NCBI GenBank assembly: GCA_031546715.1
Contig: JAVBKA010000047.1
Span: forward strand, 1-45,787
Source: Oscillospiraceae bacterium
GTDB taxonomy: Bacteria; Bacillota; Clostridia; Oscillospirales; UBA929
DNA length: 45,787 nucleotides
Direction of reading: 5' to 3'
Shown here: positions 39,249-45,787 of the stretch, in pieces
Numbering within the stretch: position 1 is the stretch's first letter
Layout of the letters: the number at the start of each line of letters is the position of its first letter
Made by a program: the position numbers and the translations under genes
The notes under the pieces: model-generated
Database searches by the model: none
Seen by the model: only the letters and a program-made list of their open reading frames with translations
Told to the model about the DNA's origin: nothing

Positions 39249-40352
39249 TTATCTGCCTATCCCTTTGTCATAGGAACGAGTTTTATTTAGCGATTCTTCC
39301 GCATTCAAAAATTGTTCTTCGATGTCAGGTCTATTTTCAAAAACATTTTCAACTCGTTCTAATTCCCTGTCTTGTTGTGTAATGATATTTTTTAATTTCG
39401 AATTGTCTCCGAGAAGTTCTTTGTTTTGTTCCCTAAGTCGTTGATTTTCTTTTGCTCCTGCTGAGTCATAAATTTCTTTAACTTTTGTCTCTGCAGATGT
39501 CGCTCGTTGCTTCCATGCGTCTGCTTTAGCTTTTTCGCCCCAATATGCTTCTGCTGTTTTGATTAGGTCAGATGCTTCCTGCTTAGTAAAGCTAATGTTA
39601 CCTAAAATACTAGATTTTCCCTTTGGTATATCATTTATGTTATGAAATGCACCCTGTAAGGTCGATATTTGACCGTAGAGGTCATTTGCCTTTTTTCCTT
39701 GAGCTTCTAGATAGCTCGCTTGCTTTGCTGCCTCCTGCGCAAGCCTAGAGGTCTCCCTTGAAGCCTCCTGTGCTTTGTAGCGAGAAGTAATGATATGCTC
39801 TGCCTCACTACCCTCTTTCCCTCGTTCCAAGCCGTATTGGGAACCAACAGCCTTTACAAAATCTGTTTGGATAGAATGTAGTTCCTTACGACCAAACAAA
39901 GATTTTGCCGACAATCGACCATCTGAGGTGATTGGAACAAGTCCGAGATGCATGTGAGGTGTTTTTTCGTCAACATGTACTGTAGCATTAACTATATTTT
40001 CTTTTCCGTACCTCTGTGAAAAAAAATCCAGACTATCTTGAAAAAATTGCTTCTGCTGATTTGGGGAGAGCTTCTCAAAAAACGAGCTGTCAGAGGTGAC
40101 TATAAAACCACACATTACAACGGCATCTTTGCGGATTGCCTTATTCAGATTTAGACAGTCAATGCGTTTTTTTATTACTTGATGAAAATTGATATTACGT
40201 TTATGAAGAAGGTCATAATTTCCCTTGCTTTTCTCGTTGTCTATGTCTGGGTTAGTCCGTGATTCTTTTTCTCGTTGGTTGTGAGATTGGATTCCTCGGA
40301 TGTCTCCTTTACCAAATTTTTGCATATGTACAACAGCAAAACTCACACTCAA
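39249..40352 (-). CDS. mob: MOBV (Mob/Pre) relaxase / plasmid recombination protein
   Basis: HMQK, HNQRE, RKDAV, HVDEKTPHMH (3H motif), LSAK, coiled-coil C-terminus. Confidence 0.93.
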   Translation of the reverse strand: MSVSFAVVHMQKFGKGDIRGIQSHNQREKESRTNPDIDNEKSKGNYDLLHKRNINFHQVIKKRIDCLNLNKAIRKDAVVMCGFIVTSDSSFFEKLSPNQQKQFFQDSLDFFSQRYGKENIVNATVHVDEKTPHMHLGLVPITSDGRLSAKSLFGRKELHSIQTDFVKAVGSQYGLERGKEGSEAEHIITSRYKAQEASRETSRLAQEAAKQASYLEAQGKKANDLYGQISTLQGAFHNINDIPKGKSSILGNISFTKQEASDLIKTAEAYWGEKAKADAWKQRATSAETKVKEIYDSAGAKENQRLREQNKELLGDNSKLKNIITQQDRELERVENVFENRPDIEEQFLNAEESLNKTRSYDKGIGR

Positions 40353-40497
40353 AATCCTTTCTCAGTCTGCTTAAGCGGAGACGAGAGGCACACGAAGAAC
40401 GAACGGGGATAAGACGAAGGAAACGAATACTTTACTCAAAGGTTGGCAACACTCAAAAATTCAAAGCTGCGCTTTTCAATTTTTCGTTTTGCCTTAC

Positions 40498-40558
40498 ATT
40501 TTTAATATTTCATACCCATCATTCACTGTCTGAATGATGGGTATGAAATATTAAAAAT
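40498..40558. repeat. Perfect 28-bp-arm inverted repeat upstream of mob
   Basis: ATTTTTAATATTTCATACCCATCATTCA-CTGTC-TGAATGATGGGTATGAAATATTAAAAAT. Confidence 0.9.
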
Positions 40559-40567
40559 CCTTTAAGT

Positions 40568-40589
40568 AAAGTATAGCTTATTATACTTT
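40568..40589. other. Putative MOBV oriT / RSA-like site
   Basis: AAAGTATAG-CTTA-TTATACTTT resembles the pMV158 oriT AAAGTATAG-TGTG-TTATACTTT; upstream of mob. Confidence 0.6.
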
Positions 40590-40705
40590 GCAAGCAAAGT
40601 CAATAAGCTTTTTGCAAAGCAAAAAGACGGACAGAGGCAAGGGGCAATGCCACGGCTCTGATGAGGTTTCCCTAGTCGCTTCGGCGGACTAGGGCGTTGC
40701 CATAC

Positions 40706-40757
40706 GACAAGCAGCCAGACACCAGCTCATCGATGAGCTGGTGTCTGGCTGCTTGTC
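40706..40757. repeat. Perfect 52-bp palindrome with no spacer
   Basis: GACAAGCAGCCAGACACCAGCTCATC|GATGAGCTGGTGTCTGGCTGCTTGTC. Confidence 0.95.
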
Positions 40758-40905
40758 AACATAAGAGGGAGTGCTGGGATGCAATGACAGATGACACCGA
40801 TTATTGCAATAATCTGAAGTTACGAAAACAAGCAATTGCAACAAAGACTTTTGAATTAATAATTCAGTAAGAAAGTTCTTTATAATTGCCAAATCATATA
40901 CCAGA

Positions 40906-41406
40906 TTAATTTTCCGATAAATAAGGACCTTGAAGGTGGTATGGAAGATATAAGTCAGAATCAATATAAATTATAAAAAAATCATTATTTTCTGTAAAAA
41001 GCTTTACGACTACTGAATGTCTATTACTCAACAATGGATCTTTTTCGATACGTACAATTTGACGTCTATCGCCAAAGGAAGAATGTTCATAGAAATATTT
41101 TGCGGCGCTTTCATAATTAATAATACCATCTGGAAATGTAAATTTCGTTATATCGATAGCAGTTTCACTGGATAACTCAAATCTCATGTCTATTGTTCGA
41201 CCTGTCACAGTATCAACATCAGCGGTGTAGAAGACCGTATTATTATCTCGCTTAAAAGTAAAACTCATCTTGTTTTCTGTTGTGTAGGTTATATAAGCAT
41301 CGCAAGCAAGTAATTGATATCCAGTTAGGTCATAAAGTGATTGTAGAGCTCTCTCTGCCATAAATCGAGGCGTCAGTTGTGGCATACCTCGAGTTGTATC
41401 AAACAT
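40906..41406 (-). CDS. Hypothetical protein (possibly the C-terminal part of the upstream lipoprotein)
   Basis: 166-aa ORF with no close RBS; its frame stays open upstream across the stop of 41436-42218. Confidence 0.55.
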   Translation of the reverse strand: MFDTTRGMPQLTPRFMAERALQSLYDLTGYQLLACDAYITYTTENKMSFTFKRDNNTVFYTADVDTVTGRTIDMRFELSSETAIDITKFTFPDGIINYESAAKYFYEHSSFGDRRQIVRIEKDPLLSNRHSVVVKLFTENNDFFIIYIDSDLYLPYHLQGPYLSEN

Positions 41407-41435
41407 ATAAGAGTCATCAGGATTTATATCCTTTT

Positions 41436-42218
41436 CTAAAAAACAACTGCAGTATTGACATATCCGGATCGAGAGTAAGATGACAACATATTAGTGTATT
41501 TGGGTAAATCGGGAGTAACATATTCAACACCACTAAATGAATTACCATACCCACCAGAAAAAATACGCCAGGTACTACCATCAAAACGCATTGTTAAATA
41601 TCTGGATGGCCCATTATGAATATATTCATAAAGTTTTAATGACCCATTATTGATTATTAAAATACCATTATTTAGGTCTTTATTGATCATAGTAAAATTG
41701 AATCCATTTTCATTTGTAGCATAATATGGAGAGGGTAATTCTAGAATTTCAGTTCCCTTTATTTTTAATATTAAAGAGATGCCACCACCGTAATTGCTAC
41801 CAAAATTTTCAAGGAATACAGCGATTTCATCATTAATTTCATCATCAATATTTCCAACTGAAATCCTTGGATAGTATATACCATCAAAACGTTTGGTGAT
41901 CTCAGTACCATCAGACAAAGTAACTGTCAGTTGCGAAAACGGCGAATCTTCGTTATTGTATGATTTTATTTTCGCTGTGCCTTTTTCTTTTGAGTCAAAA
42001 TTAAAGATCAACCCCGATATAATTTTATCATCTCCAATAGAGACATATCTGAGATTAGGGTTTAGCAATGACAATGAATTATCGGGCGATATAACTGCGG
42101 CAGGCAGAATTGACGACGCATCAGGATATTGGTTGCTAATATTTAATTGTGCACAGCTCGCTAATAGTATTAGAGAAATAGTACAAAGGAAAGTAGCCAC
42201 CATTTTTTTTAAATTCAA
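41436..42218 (-). CDS. Putative lipoprotein
   Basis: Basic N-terminus, hydrophobic stretch and LASC lipobox; AAGGAAAGGA RBS. Confidence 0.7.
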   Translation of the reverse strand: MNLKKMVATFLCTISLILLASCAQLNISNQYPDASSILPAAVISPDNSLSLLNPNLRYVSIGDDKIISGLIFNFDSKEKGTAKIKSYNNEDSPFSQLTVTLSDGTEITKRFDGIYYPRISVGNIDDEINDEIAVFLENFGSNYGGGISLILKIKGTEILELPSPYYATNENGFNFTMINKDLNNGILIINNGSLKLYEYIHNGPSRYLTMRFDGSTWRIFSGGYGNSFSGVEYVTPDLPKYTNMLSSYSRSGYVNTAVVF

Positions 42219-42256
42219 GATAATTTTCCTTTCCTTTTAAAAACATGATTAAATAA

Positions 42257-42358
42257 ACTATATCTTTACTGAGCCTATTCTGTCAATATTTAATTTTTGG
42301 ATATTTAGAACAAATGCTCTAAATATCTATTGACAAATAGAAGAAGAACAAGTATATT
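42257..42358. promoter_or_regulatory. Back-to-back sigma-A promoters with an intervening palindromic operator
   Basis: Minus: TTGACA (42286-42281)-N18-TATAGT. Plus: TTGACA (42330)-N17-TATATT. Between them: GATATTTAGA-N8-TCTAAATATC (42300-42327). Confidence 0.65.
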
Positions 42359-42534
42359 AAATTCATGCATAGCAAATGGTACAAACGTACGTTAAAAGCC
42401 GCACTACGCAGACGCAGTATTATAACTTATTATTTTACATTTCCAGATGGACGCATCTGACAAGATGTATTATACCCAAAAGTTATTTGATTTGCGTAAA
42501 AGTATTTAAAAATTACGAAAGAGGATGAAAAACT

Positions 42535-43395
42535 ATGGCAAATTGTGATTACACATATGATCAAGTAAAAGGCGGAACAGGCGCATTCAAGAAGGAAACC
42601 GCTCCAGTCTATTCTGAAGGTGTGGCAACTTTACAAGCACGATTAAATAGTTGTGGATATTCATTGGACGCCGATGGAAAATTTGGTCCAGGAACAGACG
42701 ATGCAGTAAGGAAATTTCAAAAAGAGTGCCAAATGACTGATGATGGTAGTGCAGGACCTGCTACACTGAAGCAAGTAGATAAGGTGTATACGAACAAGTA
42801 TTTTACGAGTAATAATACTAAAATTAGCAACACAGCATGGGGGTATTCAGAAATTTTGTCGGGAAGAATACCTGACATTGAACTTCTTGCAATAATGATT
42901 TATTATGAAGAAACAGTTGAGGCTGAAGCTCAATACGGCGTTGCCCAAGTTATTAAAAATCGAAGTAACAATAATGCATACATGGAATCAATAAGTACGG
43001 CACCAAATGCTTCAAAATGGGGCAGGGTTCTAGGAAAGAGTTCACAGTATAGTGGCGCGAACAAAACATCAACGCCAGTACCGATTAGAGGTAAATCCTC
43101 TGAAATTGATGGTATTAATCCTTTATGGAAAAATGCAGTTGATATTGCGACAAACCTTGTAAACGGGTCGGCAATAACAATACCAAAAGGGTATGTTGTT
43201 ACATATTCCGTGAATAAGGGTGTTGTCAGCTTTTCAATAGCGTCGAGCAAGACTACGGCAGTTGCATCCCAGTTATGCCAAGCTTCATATACACACTTAT
43301 CAAATCAAATTGGTGCAGGCAAAACGGGCTCATCAATAATTACGTATGAACCGTCATTTGTAGGAGCCGTAAACGTATTCTACAACCTTACTTAA
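42535..43395 (+). CDS. Peptidoglycan-binding protein with SleB/Hydrolase_2-like cell-wall hydrolase domain
   Basis: VATLQARLN..GY...DGKFGPGT..AVRKFQ...DG.AGP.T (PG_binding_1); LLAIMIYYE...VAQVIKNR...QYS (SleB-like catalytic Glu region). Confidence 0.78.
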   Translation: MANCDYTYDQVKGGTGAFKKETAPVYSEGVATLQARLNSCGYSLDADGKFGPGTDDAVRKFQKECQMTDDGSAGPATLKQVDKVYTNKYFTSNNTKISNTAWGYSEILSGRIPDIELLAIMIYYEETVEAEAQYGVAQVIKNRSNNNAYMESISTAPNASKWGRVLGKSSQYSGANKTSTPVPIRGKSSEIDGINPLWKNAVDIATNLVNGSAITIPKGYVVTYSVNKGVVSFSIASSKTTAVASQLCQASYTHLSNQIGAGKTGSSIITYEPSFVGAVNVFYNLT

Positions 43396-43534
43396 AACAA
43401 GCTTTAAAAGGTCTCTTCTAAATATGTACCATATATACATTTTTATGCATAAATTACAAATAAAAAAACCATTTTGCAATTAAATGGCATAAATTTGCAA
43501 AATAATAAAGTATATAAAAGTATAATAAGTTAAA

Positions 43535-43573
43535 AATGGACTTTGCTACCTCAAAAATGTAGCAAAGTCCATT
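43535..43573. terminator. Hairpin terminator between the convergent hydrolase and relE genes
   Basis: AATGGACTTTGCTAC-N9-GTAGCAAAGTCCATT; T-run on the minus strand. Confidence 0.7.
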
Positions 43574-43650
43574 AAACTACAATCACAACTACAACGAGTA
43601 AAAATTTTCATAATAAAGTAAATCCAAACGCATATCTGTCGTATGTAAGT

Positions 43651-43917
43651 TTACTTGTCATAGACATTGCGCCGATGACCAATATTGATAACATTTATTC
43701 TTATTTGTCCATCATCAATTTCAGCTAATAACCTGTAAGAACCAATACGATAACGCCAATAACCTTTTTTATCACCCACGAGAGCCTTTCCGTGCAAACG
43801 TGGGTTAATGCACCCTACAAGATTTTTTTCTATCCAGCCGTAAACTATGGCAGCGGTAGCTTTGTCTAATTTTTGCAATGACTTAATAGCTTTGGCTGAA
43901 TACTTGACAGAATACAT
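43651..43917 (-). CDS. relE: RelE/ParE-family type II toxin
   Basis: MYSVKYS..A.K.L.KLD, NPR.HGK.L.G...GYWRYRIGSYRL, IGHRRNVY. Confidence 0.92.
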   Translation of the reverse strand: MYSVKYSAKAIKSLQKLDKATAAIVYGWIEKNLVGCINPRLHGKALVGDKKGYWRYRIGSYRLLAEIDDGQIRINVINIGHRRNVYDK

Positions 43918-43918
43918 A

Positions 43919-44137
43919 CTACTTTAACCCCAATATCTTTCCTACTTCATCATGGGAAAACATTTCTTTATTGAGATCACTTTCATAATCGTAAATAGTT
44001 TTCAAGTCATATTCATCCTCTAGTTTTTCAAAAAAAGCTAATTTTATAGCGTCGGAAAGTTTTACTCCATGCACTTTTGCATAACCTTCCATCAAGTTTT
44101 TTTCATTTTCCGTAACACGCAAAGAAACATGTGGCAT
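43919..44137 (-). CDS. Cognate antitoxin (RHH, DUF6290/RelB-like)
   Basis: VSLRV..EK.L...YA...G..LS; EKLEDEYDL; directly upstream of relE. GAGGTG RBS; start could also be 44143. Confidence 0.82.
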   Translation of the reverse strand: MPHVSLRVTENEKNLMEGYAKVHGVKLSDAIKLAFFEKLEDEYDLKTIYDYESDLNKEMFSHDEVGKILGLK

Positions 44138-44149
44138 GATCATCACCTC

Positions 44150-44168
44150 TGTAACACATTGTAACACA
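44150..44168. promoter_or_regulatory. Putative toxin-antitoxin operator
   Basis: Direct repeat TGTAACACA-T-TGTAACACA just upstream of the antitoxin RBS. Confidence 0.5.
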
Positions 44169-44261
44169 ACTTTTAAACTTTATCAATAACAAGTTTTCGG
44201 AATAGAAAAATAGGTACAAAGCATAAGTTAAAAGAGAATTCTAAAGATAACCAAAATTCAA

Positions 44262-44456
44262 TTATAGCAAGTTCATTGAATTAAATGCGTATGTACTCCG
44301 TATCTTTTTCCAAAATTGCCACCATTTTTTCTTTACTATCGTTATTGCGGAAGTTGATGTGCTATCTGCAATGAGTTGTTTTTGAATAGTTCCAGCATGG
44401 AGCGCTTGAGCTGTAGAGTCACTTTGTTGGGCTTCGTGTAATGCGGATGTCAACAT
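44262..44456 (-). pseudogene. Remnant C-terminus of a plasmid coiled-coil protein (DUF536-like)
   Basis: ALHAGTIQKQL and a KKKWWQFWK amphipathic tail; no N-terminal domain or RBS visible. Confidence 0.45.
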
Positions 44457-44600
44457 CTGTACACTTTGGGACTGTTCTCCGTATTATTACTTCAAAATCT
44501 CCCCACACACCGCAAAAAGTTATATCTTTTTCACTCCACATATGGTATACTGTTATCAATCAGTATACCATATTGTCTTACCCCCAGAACGGAGAATGCA

Positions 44601-45564
44601 TATGAAAATTTTTGTGGACAAGCTAAAATCCGCACGTCTTGAGCGTGAACTCACTCAAAAAGAGCTTTCTGACCTCTCAGGGGTTCATCTTTCCACCATA
44701 AAAGCCATTGAATCCGATAGAGGTGCTGACGCTGAGCATTTGGACAAGCTGTCCGAATTTTTTGGCATACCTAAAAATGAGGTATATCTTCAAGACTGGC
44801 GGGAAACTCAAATTATTTGCATTCTCAACAACAAGGGCGGATGCGGCAAAACCTCCATATGCGGTTCCCTTGCTTACTCTCTAGCTGAACTTGGTAAAAA
44901 AGTTTTGCTTGTTGACGGCGATGCTCAACGCAATCTCACTAGCTCTTTTGGTCTGCGAAAAAGTGAAAAGCATTTTGGCATGGCAGTTGCAGGCGAGGAA
45001 AGTCTCCTAAAGGGCTACATACAAAAAACCGAATATGAAAATATTGACTTCGTTGTGGCCGATGCCACAATGGGTACTCTTGACATGCTACTTTTTACAA
45101 AACTGCACCGAGAAAACGTAGTTTCTGGAATAGTTTCACCTGTCCGTGACGCTGGAATATACGATTTTATTTTAATTGACACTAATCCAAATTTATCATT
45201 ACTTAATTTTAATATAGTCAACGCTTGTAACCATGTTTTAATCCCTGTGCAAATGGCGTCCTTTGATGTTGAAGGCATTGGCACGGTGGTAGACTTCGTG
45301 GAAGGCATTCGCAAGTTTAACCCCACGGTATCTATTTTGGGCATTATCATCAACAAATACGATTTGCGTGCAAAGTCTATTACCGAAGCTGCCGAAGAAG
45401 AATTGCGTCGCCTGTACGGTCCGCTATTATTTGAAACTATTTTACGTGTAGACGTGAAAATTCAAAACGCCCAATGGGAAAACCGCCCCGTATTCTTACT
45501 CGGCTCTAGCCGTATCGCAGGCGAATACCGCGCTCTAACCCGCGAACTCCTTAAACGCTTATAG
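44601..45564 (+). CDS. parA: ParA/Soj ATPase with N-terminal XRE HTH
   Basis: LKSARLERELTQKELSDLSGV...IKAIE HTH; NKGGCGKTS deviant Walker A, LVDGDAQ, ILIDTNP. GGAG RBS supports ATG 44601. Confidence 0.9.
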
Positions 45565-45720
45565 GCAGCGTGACGCTGCACCCGACAGGGCTTCGCCATG
45601 TTCTACATAACATTTGCTGCTTTCATCTGAAAAGTTCACTCGGTGAACTTTTCAAGTAAGATACATTCAAAACTAATCTCACACGCAGCGAAGCTCATGA
45701 GGGTGCAGCGTCACTCTGCA
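45565..45720. repeat. ~155-bp mirror-symmetric element, copy 1 (parA-parB junction)
   Basis: Starts right after the parA TAG: GCAGCGTGACGCTGCACCC...GGGCTTCGC...GAAAAGTTCAC-TCG-GTGAACTTTTC...GCGAAGCTC...GGGTGCAGCGTCACTCTGC. Confidence 0.9.
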
Positions 45721-45787
45721 TTAAACACAATAGTGATATTGTGTATTATCTTGGAGGGTGTCATTATGTCGTTAAAGAAAAAATATT
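45643..45787 (+). other. Terminal overlap indicating a circular molecule
   Basis: 45643-45714 is identical to 1-72. The rest matches 341-413 (parB leader and first codons) with 7 substitutions. Confidence 0.8.

Noticed and set aside
40658-40700. Hammerhead ribozyme (CTGATGAG core)
   Set aside because: No GAAA follows the stem on the same strand, so the catalytic core is incomplete.
40259-40964. ORFs 40259-40537 and 40689-40964
   Set aside because: They run through palindromes or antisense to mob, with no clear RBS or recognisable motifs.
655-45356. Numerous 60-130 aa ORFs nested in or antisense to the long CDSs
   Set aside because: Shadow ORFs of well-supported genes, with no independent evidence.
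45721-45787. A second, diverged parB copy at the contig end
   Set aside because: There are 7 substitutions and no indels versus 347-413, and 5 of them equal the base two positions earlier. That pattern fits read dephasing after inverted repeats, so it is most likely a low-quality read tail.

Overview
The window reads as one complete circular, low-GC plasmid of about 45.6 kb, probably from a Clostridia/Bacillota host. The last 145 nt re-enter the repeat array and parB leader found at the start. The backbone has an XRE-HTH-ParA, a ParB flanked by two copies of a ~155-bp mirror-symmetric element (one arm amplified into an ~90-bp tandem array), a 552-aa putative replication initiator, an iteron plus AT-rich origin, a fused Zn-finger/TOPRIM/DnaB primase-helicase, a MOBV relaxase with oriT and several large palindromes, a RelE-type toxin-antitoxin pair, and a divergently transcribed lipoprotein / peptidoglycan-hydrolase pair. 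About 33 kb (5208-38536) is surface-glycan cargo in four operons (+,-,+,-): a legionaminic-acid-type nonulosonate pathway, a WbpB/WbpE-type aminouronate pathway, a CDP-3,6-dideoxyhexose pathway with a split transketolase (probable branched sugar), glycosyltransferases, a PglK-like ABC transporter and a radical SAM enzyme. Most striking: the cargo is bracketed by ~400-bp inverted copies of the helicase 3' end, each starting just upstream of a perfect TTGACA-N18-TATAAT promoter pointing into the cargo. A divergent DegT-like plus FemAB-like gene module occurs twice, once in each amino-sugar pathway. All product calls come from motif recognition, not database searches.
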